Positions 1 to 10,968 of a stretch of DNA of 64,000 bases are shown one piece after another (positions within the stretch are counted from its first letter, which is position 1; every line of letters begins with the position of its first letter). The notes under the pieces were generated by a model. The model saw only the letters and a program-made list of their open reading frames with translations, was not told where the DNA came from and made no database searches. The DNA is from an uncultured delta proteobacterium (GTDB lineage Bacteria; Myxococcota_A; Polyangia; Polyangiales; Polyangiaceae), in NCBI GenBank assembly GCA_963841435.1, contig CAWJCS010000006.1, positions 128,001-192,000 of the forward strand, in the 5' to 3' direction. Made by a program: the position numbers and the translations under genes.

Positions 1-363
1 ACGCAGGGCCGAAAATTCGTCGATGCGGACGAGGAATCGTTCGAGCGCGGCGCGGCGCTCGACGGGCTGAAGATCCGCGTGCGCTCGCAGCGATTTCGGG
101 GAGGGCGGCTCACGGCCGTGCTCTCGAGCGTGACGGTCGACTTGCGTGACGCGGTGCTGAGCCCGGACGGAGCGACCATCTCCGTGCAATCGGCGATGAG
201 CGGCATCGACATCCTGGTTCCGAGTGACTGGGAGGTCGTGTGCGACGTGGACGGGATTTGCGGTGCCGTGGACGACGGACAGTCGGCGCCCGGCGGTGCA
301 CGATTGGGGCCGCGCCTGCGCGTCACCGGGACGGTCGTGGCCGGCGGGCTCTCGCTGCGATAA
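1..363 (+). CDS. LiaF/DUF2154-like cell-wall-stress membrane protein, C-terminal part (5' end outside window)
   Basis: Frame is open from base 1. FRGGRLTAVLSSVTVDLRDA...IDILVPSDWEV matches the LiaF C-terminal domain and parallels the next gene. Confidence 0.75.
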   Translation, partial: TQGRKFVDADEESFERGAALDGLKIRVRSQRFRGGRLTAVLSSVTVDLRDAVLSPDGATISVQSAMSGIDILVPSDWEVVCDVDGICGAVDDGQSAPGGARLGPRLRVTGTVVAGGLSLR

Positions 364-372
364 GGGCGAGCC

Positions 373-1134
373 ATGCACGGGCACCACCACCACCGCCACG
401 GGCTCTTCCCGGGGCTCCTGCTCTTGACGCTCGGAGCGGGCCTTTTCGCGCGCGAGTTCGGCTGGTTGCCGGCCACCGTGCGGCTGGTCGACTTCTGGCC
501 GATCCTGGTCGTCTTCGCGGGCCTGTTCAGCGTGCTTCGGGGGCGCAGCGTGGTCCGCGTCTTCTTCGGGCTCGCCTTCGTGGGTCTCGGCAGCGCTCTC
601 CTCGCGGGTAACCTCGGGCTTCTGACTTTCCCCGCGGCGCGGCTCTGGCCGGGCCTCGTCGTCCTGCTCGGGCTCGCTTTCCTGGTCGGCAGTTTTCGCC
701 GGCATCATGGCGGGCCACCCCACCGTCCGCCCGGCGGCGCGTCGGCGGCGGGGTGGGAGGGGCCGCGGCACGGGCCGTACGGCGCCGTCACCACCGAAAA
801 AGACACGCTGAGCCGGCAGGTCACGTTCTCGGGCGCGCAGTATCGGGTCGAATCGCAGGCGTGGAAGGGAGGAGAGCTCGGCGTCACCTTGGGTGGCGTC
901 GAGCTCGACCTCCGAAATGCCCGCCTCGAGCCCGAGGGGGCGCAACTCGACGTGCACGTGCTGATGGGTGGGCTCGACATCCGCGTGCCGGATACCTGGC
1001 AGGTGAGCTGCGACGTGGCGCCGATGTTCGGGAGCGCCGAGGACGGGACGCGCTCGACGCAGGGGTCCACCAACGCGCCGCGGCTCCGCGTCACGGGCTC
1101 CGTGACGCTCGGCGGCGTGAACATCCGAAACTGA
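373..1134 (+). CDS. LiaF-family membrane protein (DUF5668 TM region + DUF2154 domain)
   Basis: Four hydrophobic helices with FWP/LWP motifs, then WKGGELGVTLGGVELDLRNA and GGLDIRVPDTW. Confidence 0.85.
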   Translation: MHGHHHHRHGLFPGLLLLTLGAGLFAREFGWLPATVRLVDFWPILVVFAGLFSVLRGRSVVRVFFGLAFVGLGSALLAGNLGLLTFPAARLWPGLVVLLGLAFLVGSFRRHHGGPPHRPPGGASAAGWEGPRHGPYGAVTTEKDTLSRQVTFSGAQYRVESQAWKGGELGVTLGGVELDLRNARLEPEGAQLDVHVLMGGLDIRVPDTWQVSCDVAPMFGSAEDGTRSTQGSTNAPRLRVTGSVTLGGVNIRN

Positions 1135-1158
1135 GCGGCTCCGAGCCGGCGCAACGCC

Positions 1159-2254
1159 ATGCATCCCCTGCTTTCCCAACGCCGTTCGCTCGCCGCGTAC
1201 CTCTTCTTCTGGGCGGATCTTTCGGCCGTGCCGTACCTGGTGCTGCGCTCGGAAGCCGGGCTCGGTGCCTTTCTGGTGTGCTTGATCGCGAGCTGGGTGT
1301 TCGCGCTCGCCACCCTGTTCGACCTTTTACCTCTGCCGCGCGCTTCCGCTCGCGACGCAACAGCCCCTGCGCCTCGTCGGAAGCCACGCCGTGGCCGGAG
1401 CCTTGTGGAGCCTCGTCTTCTTGCTGACGGCGAAGCTCGCTGCCGAGACGCTTTCGCTCGTGCCGGCGTGGCGCGACCTGCCCAAGGACGTGGGCACCGC
1501 CGAAAGCGCGCTGCTCGCGGTGGGAGCACTCTTTTACCTCTTGGTCGCGAGCTTTTCCTACGTGCTCGCCGAACTCGAGACGAAGCGTGACGCGCTCGAG
1601 CGCGAGGGCGCGCTCGCGCTCAGCGCCCAGCGCGCCGAGCTTGCCGCCCTGCGCGCCCAGGTCCACCCGCATTTTCTCTTCAACAGCCTGAACACCGTCA
1701 ACGCGCTGATTGGCTACGATTCGGAGAAGGCGCGAAGGGCGTGCGTGCTGCTCGGCGAATACCTGCGCGGCACGCTCCGTGGCCAGGACCACGCGCTCGT
1801 GAGCTTCGCAGAGGAGTGGGCGCTGTGTGAGCGCTTTCTCGGCGTGGAAGCCCTGCGCCTCGGTGAGCGCTTGCGGGTCGAAGCGGACATCGAGCCTCGA
1901 GCACGGGACTGTCTCTTGCCGTCGCTCTTGCTCCAACCGCTCGTCGAGAACGCCGTGACGCACGGCATCGCTCCCTTGGACACACCGGCGCCGTTCCGCG
2001 TGCGTGCGCGGCGCCATTCGGGCCGGCTCGCCCTCGAGCTCGAAAACGGCCTCGACCCGGCGCCACGCCGCAGCGACGGCGGCCTCGGGCTCGCGAACGT
2101 CAGGGCGCGTCTCGCGGCGCAGTACGGGGCGGACGCCACCCTGCGCGTCGAGTCGGATGCCGAGCGCTTCCTCGTCACGCTCGATCTGCCTGCCGAGTCG
2201 CCGGAGCTTTTGCCAGCTGCTAGCCCGGCCCGAGAAGGGTCCCCGCCGTCGTGA
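1159..2254 (+). CDS. LytS/YehU-family sensor histidine kinase (apparent frameshift near 1315)
   Basis: LRAQVHPHFLFNSLN H-box, LLQPLVENAVTHG, GLGLANVRARL. The N-terminal MHPLL... segment is in a different frame. Confidence 0.85.
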
Positions 2255-3006
2255 AGCCGCCCGCCCCACGCCGTGTCGTCATCGCCGACGACGAGGAGCC
2301 TGCGCGCCGCCTGCTCGCCGAGTACCTTTCGGCCCATCCTGACTGGACCGTCGTCGCCGAGGCCAAGCACGGGCTCGAAGCCGTGCAGCTCGCCAAACAA
2401 CACGAGCCGGATTTGCTGCTCCTCGACGTGCAGATGCCCAAGCTCGACGGCTTCGAGGCGCTGGAGCTCATCGCGCCGGAGATTGCCGTGGTGTTTACGA
2501 CGGCGTTCGACGAGTACGCCGTCAAGGCCTTCGAGGTGCACGCGGTCGACTACCTGCTGAAACCTTTCTCCGCGGAGCGGCTCGGCCAGGCGCTCGAGCG
2601 CGTCGAACGGCGGCTCGGTGAGCGGCGCCCCGTTTCCCCGAGCACGCTGGCTCGGGCCGCGCGGGGTCCCGGCGCCCACCTCGAGCGGCTGGTCATTCGC
2701 GATGGCGCCGAAATTCTCATCGTGCCGGTGCCGAGCATCGACTACGTGAAGGGCCAGGACGACTACGTCGAGGTCTTCCACGACGGCCGCTCGTCGCTCA
2801 CGCAAAAGACGCTGCAGGAGCTCGAGGAGAGCCTCGATCCCGAGCGGTTCGTGCGAGTGCACCGCTCGTACCTTTTGAACGTGAGTCGCGTGTCGCGCAT
2901 CGAGCCCTGGGGCAACAAGAGCAAGCTTGCCGTGCTCGCAGACGGCCGCACGGTGCCGATCAGCCGTTCGGGCGAGGCGCGGCTTCGCGCGGTCCTCGGC
3001 ACCTAA
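2251..3006 (+). CDS. LytTR-family response regulator
   Basis: REC domain (IADDE, LLDVQMP, DYLLKPF) plus LytTR motif FVRVHRSYLLN. GTGA overlap with the kinase. Confidence 0.95.
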   Translation: MKPPAPRRVVIADDEEPARRLLAEYLSAHPDWTVVAEAKHGLEAVQLAKQHEPDLLLLDVQMPKLDGFEALELIAPEIAVVFTTAFDEYAVKAFEVHAVDYLLKPFSAERLGQALERVERRLGERRPVSPSTLARAARGPGAHLERLVIRDGAEILIVPVPSIDYVKGQDDYVEVFHDGRSSLTQKTLQELEESLDPERFVRVHRSYLLNVSRVSRIEPWGNKSKLAVLADGRTVPISRSGEARLRAVLGT

Positions 3007-3090
3007 AGCACCGCGCTGTCCGCCCAGCCGGCGCGGGTTCCGCGCCCCGTTTGACCGATTCCGGCGCCCGGAAGCAACTGGACCGATGCC

Positions 3091-4293
3091 ATGCCCACCC
3101 GATCGACGCGCCGTGGACGCTCAAGCGTAGGAGCACGCGCCAATTTTCGCGCCTGGGTGGCTTTCGGCGCGCTGGCCTGTGCCGGCGCCGCGGCCTGCAG
3201 CAGTCCGAGCGATCCGAGCGCGGTCTTGGCGCCATCCGCTGCGACGGGGGGAACCGGGGGCGCGTCGACCGCGACAGGTGGAGCTGGGTCTCCCGAGATG
3301 GCCGGCTCCTCGGGCTCGCCGAGCGCAGGGGCTGCCATCGGCGGAGCAGGCGGGAGCAGCGGGGCCACGGCGGGGACGGGTGCTCTCGGCGGTGAAGCCG
3401 GGGGTGGCACGTCGAACGCGGGCGGCGCGGGCAGCGGCATGGGAGGAGCGCCGGGTGCGGGTGACGCGGGCAGGTCGGGAGCCTCCGCCGGCTCGGGCCT
3501 CGGCGGTGCGGCGGGAATGGCGGGAATGGCGGGCAGCGGCACGACCATGGCGGGTGCAGCCGGAACGGCGGGTGCCGCGGGAGGCGCCGGAACTGCGGGC
3601 AGCGCGGGTACCGCTGGCAGCGCCGGAACGGCGGGAGCCGGCGGTGTCGATCAAAGCACGCTGCCGAACGTCACCCTTCACCTTGCGGGCGACTCCACCG
3701 TCATGACCTACGACCAAGGCTCCGCACAGGAGGGCTGGGGTCAGGAGCTCGGTCAGTTCTTCATCAGCAAGGTGTCCATCGACAATCAAGCGATCGGTGG
3801 GGCCAGCATCCGAACGTTCCAGACGGGCCGCTGGACGAACATCATGAATGCCCTGAAGGCCGGCGACTACGTGATGATCCAGTTCGGTACCAACGACAGC
3901 GGAACGGTCGCCGGTCGTCACGTCGATCCACCCGATTTTTCGCTGGCTCTCACGGAGATGACCGATCAGGTCTCCGCAAAGCAAGCGACGACCTTTTTCG
4001 TCACGCCCTCGGCGCTCCAGGAATGGAGCGGCGGGAAGGAGGGCAACTCTCGGCTCGGCCCCTACGCCGATGCCATGCGAGCCCTCGGCCCCGTGAAGGG
4101 CGTTCTGGTCGACGACCTCAACGCCCGCAGCGTCGAGTTCTTGAACATGATCGGCCAGACCGCCGCGATGCAAATCTACATCAACGGGGACAAAGCGCAC
4201 TTCACGAAGACCGGCGCCACGCAGATGGCAGAGTTCGTCGCACAGGAGCTCGACCGCATCGGCAGCCCGCTCGCGGCGTACCTGAAGCGCTAG
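3091..4293 (+). CDS. Lipoprotein SGNH esterase, rhamnogalacturonan acetylesterase-like (CE12)
   Basis: Lipobox-like AAAC, Gly-rich linker, then LAGDSTV, GWGQ, IQFGTND and DKAH blocks. Confidence 0.85.
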   Translation: MPTRSTRRGRSSVGARANFRAWVAFGALACAGAAACSSPSDPSAVLAPSAATGGTGGASTATGGAGSPEMAGSSGSPSAGAAIGGAGGSSGATAGTGALGGEAGGGTSNAGGAGSGMGGAPGAGDAGRSGASAGSGLGGAAGMAGMAGSGTTMAGAAGTAGAAGGAGTAGSAGTAGSAGTAGAGGVDQSTLPNVTLHLAGDSTVMTYDQGSAQEGWGQELGQFFISKVSIDNQAIGGASIRTFQTGRWTNIMNALKAGDYVMIQFGTNDSGTVAGRHVDPPDFSLALTEMTDQVSAKQATTFFVTPSALQEWSGGKEGNSRLGPYADAMRALGPVKGVLVDDLNARSVEFLNMIGQTAAMQIYINGDKAHFTKTGATQMAEFVAQELDRIGSPLAAYLKR

Positions 4294-4296
4294 CTG

Positions 4297-4935
4297 TCAC
4301 CTGGGTAAGCCCAGGATGACACAGTGGTCGTCGAAGCATCCCTGGTTGAAATCCGGTGCTTCCGGGATCGCGACCGCGCACTCGGCGCACGCCTCCCCGG
4401 GATCGCAGCGCAGCGCTTCGTAGGCGCCGTCCTTGTCGCGGGCGATGGCGAGGGGCAGGCCGTTCGACTGCGCCGTGCAGCCGCAGCAGCGGTCCGAACG
4501 GAACTTGCAATCGTCCGCGGTCCTGCAGAAGGTCACGTCCGTTTGCGTGAGGTCGACGGCCACGCAGCGGCCCGCTTGGCACGTCGAAAGCAGCGCGTGA
4601 TCCACGCTCGGGTCGCACGCCGTGCACGCCTCGGACCCGTCGCACGACCGAGCTCGATACTCGTCCGCGTACAGGCCGTTCACGGCGACCACTTGCTCGA
4701 GCGAGAACGCGTTGCAGCGGCAGCAGCTCGTCATCGCGAAGACGCAATCCGAATTCTTGGTACAGGCGAGCTCCACTTCTGTGGGGACGCCCGGTGCGCC
4801 CGCGCTGGCAGCCGCCCCGGAAGTGCCTCCCGCGCCTGCGGAAGCAGGCTCGCCACCGCTCCGTGACGACCGTGCGCCGCAGCCCAGGCCCGCAGCGAGG
4901 AGCAGCACGACCGCGAACGATCGCTCCCGAGCCAT
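4297..4935 (-). CDS. Cys-rich lipoprotein with two CxxxxDC...CCxC repeats
   Basis: Lipobox GLGC; duplicated units CTKNSDCVFAMTSCCRC and CRTADDCKFRSDRCCGC. Confidence 0.75.
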   Translation of the reverse strand: MARERSFAVVLLLAAGLGCGARSSRSGGEPASAGAGGTSGAAASAGAPGVPTEVELACTKNSDCVFAMTSCCRCNAFSLEQVVAVNGLYADEYRARSCDGSEACTACDPSVDHALLSTCQAGRCVAVDLTQTDVTFCRTADDCKFRSDRCCGCTAQSNGLPLAIARDKDGAYEALRCDPGEACAECAVAIPEAPDFNQGCFDDHCVILGLPR

Positions 4936-4993
4936 CCGGTAAATTCTAGCATGCCGCGCGACGAGCCGAGCGAGCGCGCGGTGGCAGGAACGC

Positions 4994-5896
4994 CTAGGTC
5001 ACGGTGCCAGGGGGGACGTTTTCGGCGCCGAGCCGGAAGATGAGAAAATCCTTGGTCGTGTTCGCGTTGCCGCCGGGCCACATGAACGGGCTGCCCGACG
5101 TGCGATTGGGGTCCCATTCGAACCACATCCACCTGGCGGCGGCGTCGATGTCGCAGGCGATCAAAAATTCGTTGCCCACCGTGGGTTGACCGCGATCGGT
5201 GCTGTTGTCCTCACCGAAAACGACGTACCCGTTCGGCGTCTTCGCGGTGCCGACCCAGCCGGCGCTCGTGGTGGCAGGGTTCCCCGTGCCGCCGTTGCAC
5301 TTGGCGATTTCCGCGTTGATCTCGGCCAGGCTCGGCCCGCCCGAGCCCGGGTCGAAGTCCTGACCGGTGGCGCAACCTTCCCAGGCGCCGTTGCCCGTGA
5401 ACACGGGCAGGCCTCCCTCGCGGGAGAACTTCGCGATCACACCCTGCGTCGTGCTCTTGTCGGCGTAGGTCACGATGTAAAGGTAGCCGCCGACGTTCGC
5501 GTTGGCAGCTGGCACCGTGTACGCCTCGGGCCCCATGCCCACGGGGCAGGAGAAGATGTCCTGGCTGCGCGGGTTCTCGACGCCGCCCTGATAGTTCAGT
5601 AGCTCGGTCGCGGTGCCGTAGCCGAAGCCGTACGCGTTGTCGGCGGTGATGATGACGTTAACGTCGGTCGCAAGCGTCGGATTCGGGCTGGACCCCGCGC
5701 TGCCGCCCCCCGAGCCGCCCCCGGTCGGAATCGGCGTCGTACCGCCCGATGCTCCGATGGAGATGGTGCCGCCGCTGCCGCCGCCGCCCCCCTTGCCGAG
5801 CCCCGTGGCCGAGCCCTGATCGTCCGAGCCGCACGCGGTGGCGAGGCTAAACAATGCCGAGAGGAGCAACGACGCGCGAATCAGAGAATTTTTCAA
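4994..5896 (-). CDS. Hypothetical lipoprotein with a beta-sandwich/lectin-like domain (start uncertain)
   Basis: LATAC lipobox, Gly linker, IITADNAY motif and AARWMW near the C-terminus. Confidence 0.7.
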   Translation of the reverse strand: MKNSLIRASLLLSALFSLATACGSDDQGSATGLGKGGGGGSGGTISIGASGGTTPIPTGGGSGGGSAGSSPNPTLATDVNVIITADNAYGFGYGTATELLNYQGGVENPRSQDIFSCPVGMGPEAYTVPAANANVGGYLYIVTYADKSTTQGVIAKFSREGGLPVFTGNGAWEGCATGQDFDPGSGGPSLAEINAEIAKCNGGTGNPATTSAGWVGTAKTPNGYVVFGEDNSTDRGQPTVGNEFLIACDIDAAARWMWFEWDPNRTSGSPFMWPGGNANTTKDFLIFRLGAENVPPGTVT

Positions 5897-6069
5897 GGCG
5901 ATCACTTCGGGAGCATCGAGCGTCCCGCAATCCTTGGTTGCGTCCCGATACCCCAAAGCAGGCACGACTTGCCGAGTGGGGCGCGACGGAGCGGCCGGAC
6001 CCAGACCGTGATCGCGGGCGCGGGTTCCAGTGGAGCTGGAAGCGGGAGCTGAGTCACGGCTGCGAGCCT

Positions 6070-7785
6070 TCAGCACCCGCTGTTTTGCGCCAGGGTCGAG
6101 CCGTCCTTGCTCGCGAGGGGCGTCGTGCACGAGCTCGAGCCGCCGCCGCGGACGTTCTTGATGTTGATGTTGCGGAAGGTCGGGGTGCCGAGGGAGCGCG
6201 AGCCGGGGATGGTGGCCGACGCGTAGTTGGTCGTGATGAAAATGTCGTTGCTCGTCCCGGTCCCCGCAACGTCTTCGAACCAGAGGTTCGCGACCTCGAC
6301 GGCGCCGCGACCCGTCGGCGTCTTGACGCGAAGCAGATACTGCACCCCGGTCCACGTCTGCTGGGTGTCGTTGTACTCGTAGACGTTGTCGACCCCTCCC
6401 GAGAGCTCGCTCCCGATGGAAAAACCATGCCCGCCCTGCACCTTGAGGTTGTGGGCCACGATGTTGTGGGAGGGCCGTGCGATGTAAAATCCCGGTTCGT
6501 TGGTGCCCGACTTGATCGCAATCATGTCGTCGCTCGTGTTGAACTTCACGTTGTCGATGAGGACGTTCGTCGAGGAGTCGGGATTGACGCCGTCGCCGTT
6601 CGAGCTGCCATTGTTCGAGCTCACCGTGAGGTTTCGAACGATGACGTTGGACGAGTACAGGGGGTGGATGTTCCAGTACCAGCCACCGTCAACCAGCAGT
6701 CCTTCCAGCATGAAGTTCGTACATCCGTTGCATTCGATGAACGTCGGACGAAGGCCGTTGTTGGTGTGGGCGGTCGGAACTTTCAGGGACGCCATGTTGG
6801 CCAGAGTCGGCGGGCCCGACGTCTTCAGGGCGTCCACGTTGCCATTCATCCACGCGTTGTAGACGGCCGTGGCGGCCGCCGTACCGTTGTTCTTCCAGTT
6901 TGCCGTGCCCCCGCCAAAGCTCGTCCCCGGCCCGTGCAAGGTGCCCTGGCCCGTGATCGCGACGTTGGTCGCGCCGAGCGCATACACGGCCGGCTGCCAG
7001 TTGAGACAGTCGAGTCCTTCCCAGCGCGTGAGAACCGGCGGCTCGTAGTCGCTCGTTGCGGCGCTGAAGCTCAGCACGGCGCCCTCTTCGAGGTGGAGCT
7101 CGATGTTGCTCATGAGCGTGACCGCGCCGATCCGGTACGTGCCGCGCGGAACGTCGATGACGCCTCCTCCCGCGTCGCCGAGCTCGGCGATCGCCTGGTT
7201 CATCGCCGCGCGGTTCGCGGCCGAAGTCCCCGAGGTCATCACGCCCTTCGTCGTAACGTCCACGATACGGCAGGGGATCGTCGGCGGCGTGAACGTGAGC
7301 GAGTCGTCGGGCGCGGCGAACGGCGTCGTCACCGTGACCGGCGCCGTGTCTCGCCACGAGCACGCGTCCGCCGTGGCTCCGCCGTCGCCGCCGGTGCCGC
7401 TCGACCCCGCGCTGCCCGCACGGCCCGCGTCCGCGCCGCCGCTCGAGCCAGCGCCCGAGCCGCCGTCGGTCCCCGAGGCTCCGCCGGGCCCCGTGGCTCC
7501 GCCGCCGCCGCCAGTGCCGTTCGACCCCGCGCTGCCCGCACGGCCCGCGCCCGCGCTGCCGCTCGAGCCGGCGCCCGCGCCCGCGCTGCCGCTCGAGCCG
7601 GCGCCCGCGCCCGCGCTGCCGCCGGTCCCCGATGAGCCGCCCCCCATGCCCGCTCCCGAGGTGCCTCCCGTTCCCGAGCTGCCGCCCGCGGGGCCTCCCC
7701 CGGTGACGTTGTCCACGCTGCACGCGGTCATTGCCAGGCCGACCGCTGCCGCGAGCAAAAAGGTGAAGGTACGCCGATGCAGCAT
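6070..7785 (-). CDS. GH28 polygalacturonase-family lipoprotein
   Basis: GGGVIDVPRGTY, LMSNIELHLEEGA, TRWEG, NGDG, TSDD, GHG and RVK motifs; lipobox MTAC. Confidence 0.9.
   Translation of the reverse strand: MLHRRTFTFLLAAAVGLAMTACSVDNVTGGGPAGGSSGTGGTSGAGMGGGSSGTGGSAGAGAGSSGSAGAGAGSSGSAGAGRAGSAGSNGTGGGGGATGPGGASGTDGGSGAGSSGGADAGRAGSAGSSGTGGDGGATADACSWRDTAPVTVTTPFAAPDDSLTFTPPTIPCRIVDVTTKGVMTSGTSAANRAAMNQAIAELGDAGGGVIDVPRGTYRIGAVTLMSNIELHLEEGAVLSFSAATSDYEPPVLTRWEGLDCLNWQPAVYALGATNVAITGQGTLHGPGTSFGGGTANWKNNGTAAATAVYNAWMNGNVDALKTSGPPTLANMASLKVPTAHTNNGLRPTFIECNGCTNFMLEGLLVDGGWYWNIHPLYSSNVIVRNLTVSSNNGSSNGDGVNPDSSTNVLIDNVKFNTSDDMIAIKSGTNEPGFYIARPSHNIVAHNLKVQGGHGFSIGSELSGGVDNVYEYNDTQQTWTGVQYLLRVKTPTGRGAVEVANLWFEDVAGTGTSNDIFITTNYASATIPGSRSLGTPTFRNINIKNVRGGGSSSCTTPLASKDGSTLAQNSGC
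7520..7625. repeat. 30-nt tandem repeats encoding the Gly/Ser/Ala linker of GH28
   Basis: Unit cccgcgcccgcgctgccgctcgagccggcg repeated; about 7376-7446 is also partly duplicated at about 7496-7566. Confidence 0.8.
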
Positions 7786-7877
7786 CCGCCGACTCGCTCT
7801 CACCCAAGGTTGCGGGCGACCCGGAAAATCCTCCGAGAATTTTCGTGCCCCGCCGGGTGAGTGCACCCGCCCTACGT

Positions 7878-10698
7878 TCACTGGCACAGGCCCGCGACGC
7901 ACGTGGGCGTGGTGCCCGAGCACGCGGCGCCCGAGTCCGTCCAGACGCCCATGTCCGAACAGACCTGCGGTTGGGCGCCGCTGCAGCCGAGGGACGCCGG
8001 GGTGCACTCGTAGCAGGCGTTCGCACTCTCGTCGCACATCGTCCCCGTGGCGCAGGTGGTGGAGACGAGGGTGTTGTTGTTGCAGGTGCGGAGCGACTGT
8101 CCGCTACAATTCGGGACGGCGCTGCTGTTCCAGTGGCCCGTGCCGTCGCACTGGCGCAGCGTGCCCTGCGAGCACGAGTAGGGCGTCTGTGACGCCACGC
8201 AGTCGTCGCACTCCTTGTTGGTCGCGTCGCACAGGGTGCAGGTCGAGGCGGTCGGAGTTGACGTGCCGCCCGAGCACGTGCGCAGCGTGTTGCCCGAGCA
8301 GACCGAGCTGGCCGTCACGAAGTGCCCGTTGGCGTCGCACGATCTTAGCGTGGTCCCGCTGCACGAGTACTCGCCGCTGACGCATTGGTCGCACTCGTGC
8401 CCGTTGGCGTCGCAGTGAGCGGCGTCCACGCAGGCCTGGGACGTGGTCCGGCTGCTCCCGTCCGTGCTGCAAATCTGCAGGTTCGCGCCGCTGCAGGAGT
8501 AGCTTCCCGGGCGGCACAGCGTGGCGCAGAAGTCACCCTTGCCGTCCTTCGGGACGCAGCCGTTCCCGCACAACGGGCCGGCGGGAAATTGGCCGTCGGA
8601 GTTGCACATGCTCAGGTTGTCGCCCTGGCAGAGCTTGTCGCCCGGGCGACAGATGCCGCACAAATCGTAGATGTCACGGTCAACGCAGAGGCTCGGGCAA
8701 ACCTGAACGAAATCGAGGCTCGAGCCGTCCGTGTTGCAGTGCGTGAGCGTCGTACCCGAACAGCGCCACTCCTGGCCGGCCATGCACACAGCGCAGGCGT
8801 CGTTCAGCCCATGGTCAACGCAGCCATACGGACATGCGGTGCCGTTGACGAGCGTCGACTGATCCGCACTGCAGCTCTGCAGCATGCTTCCGGGAGCCGT
8901 TCCGTTGCAGCGCGTTTCGTTCTTCTCGCAGGCGGGACAATAGTCGGGTTGGGAGCCCGGAAGCTCGAGACACCCCGCACAGGACCTTTCCTGCACCCAG
9001 GCCTTTCCGCCGGGTCCGCAGACGTGCAAGCCCAGATGGTCGGTGCGGCAGCGGATCTCGCCGTCGAGGTTACAGACGGCGCAATATCCATCCTTGTACC
9101 CGGGCGGCGTCCCGGGGTGACACAGATCCTCACTGCCGCAATCGGTTTCGAGCTGCCAAGCCTCGCGCCCCGGCGAACAGCGCTCGAGCACGGAGCCCGT
9201 GCATTGGTCCTCTCCCACGCCGCACAGGGGAAGGCCGCAACCGTTCTGATCCACGCCGTTTTCGCAGCTGTCGTTGGCGGCACATTCGCAGAGCGTGGCC
9301 GTCGCGCAGTCGGCCTGATGAACGGTCCCCTCCTGCGTGCAGCGCAAGAGCTCGGTCCCGTTGCAGAGTAGCTCCTTGGGACACTCGGTCTTGCACGGGT
9401 CGCCGTGATCGTCCGGGAAGCAGAACTCGCCCGCAGTGCAGAGCTCGAGGGGCTCGAAGCCGGTGAAATCGGCCTTGCAGCGCTCGACCTGGAGCGGGTT
9501 CCCCGGAGCGCAGCGCAACGGGAGCTCCATGTTCATATCGGGGCGGCACTGAGGCTCGTCGCAGCGCCCCGCAGCGGCGTTGCACAGCGCGGCGGACAGG
9601 CACGTGTCCGCGAGCATGAAGCCGTTCCGGCCCTCGTTGCAGACCTGGAGCTCGTTCGGTGTGACCTCGTTGCAGCGAAATTGTCCAGGCTCGCAAGTCG
9701 GCGCTTCGCACGTGTGGATCCAGCTGCCCTCCTGTGGGTCGGCATGACAGAGCGCCGCCGTCTCACACGTCCGTTCGGGGTCCCATGTCCCGCCCGCACC
9801 GCAGACCTCGAGCTCGGCCGAGTTGCAGCGATACGACCCCGGCATGCAAGGGGCGCCGCACTCACCTTTCGTCGAGTCGCACACGAGCTCGCGTTCCGCG
9901 CAGTCCTCACGCGGCTCCCACTCCGTGAGGCACGCCTCCAGCGCCGAGCCCACGCAACGGAAGCCTCCCGACGGCGAGCAGGGGTGCGGGCAATCCGGCA
10001 CCGTATCGGGCATGGCGGTCGCTATCGCGTTTTCGCACAGCTCCGGTGAGGCACAGTCCGTGATCTTCGTCTCGCCGTCACCGCCGTTCCGACAGCGCAA
10101 AAGGCTTGCTCCGTCGCAGGCGAGCTCCCCCGGCGTGCACGGCGGCGGTGGGCAGGCCGGTTCCGGGTCCAGCTGCGACATGAACCGCTCCACGGCCTGT
10201 TTGCAGAGCGCCGTGCTGCCGCAATCTGCGATCGCGATGTACTTGCCGTCCGGCCCGCAGATCTCGAGCTCGCTCGACGGCAAGGGCTCGGTCAACCTCG
10301 CGCCGCCGGACGGAGTGACGCACTCTACCTCGTTCGGCATGCAAGGACCACAACGCGTGTCGTTGCACACCTGGTCGCCGCAATCCTCGAGCGGGGCGAA
10401 GCGAGATTCGATCCGGGGCGCAGAGCTCGCGCATCGAGCCGTTGCAACGAAGCTCGTCGGGCTCACACTCGGTGCAGATCCCGAGCTCCGGGTTACACTG
10501 CTCGGCGGTCGGACAGGTTTCGATCAGGATCTTCTGGCCGTTCCTACAACCGAGCAAAAACTCGCCGTTGCAGGTGAGCGGACACTGCTCGATCGGGTCG
10601 AGCACCTCGAAGTCGCCGAGCACGAGCTGACACGCCGGCAGGAACATCGCGAGCGAAAGAAGGCAGCGCATCAAGCTCGGCAAGCGTTCGCGATTCAT
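7878..10698 (-). CDS. Large Cys-rich repeat lipoprotein (about 940 aa; apparent frameshift near 10408)
   Basis: Lipobox LPAC in ORF 10078-10698 continues in ORF 7878-10466. Many CxPGxxRCxGxxLxxC units. Confidence 0.8.
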
Positions 10699-10968
10699 GT
10701 TCCCTCCTTTCGGTCGCCCGGCGGCCTCCCTCCCGACCTACCGACCGATCATCACGCAAAACCAATCCTACATAGACCTACACCCCGCTACCTCTCTCCT
10801 GGCGCCCTGGCAATGCGCAATGCTTCAACGAACGCGGCGCGGAAGCGGCGTTTTTCCGTATTCGTGGCCGTCAATTCTCGCTGCCCCGCGAGGGCGCCCG
10901 AGAACGCCGATTCGGCTCGTCTCGCGCTCGGTCGGCCCGGAGCGGCCGCCACGGAAGCTCGAGCCCGG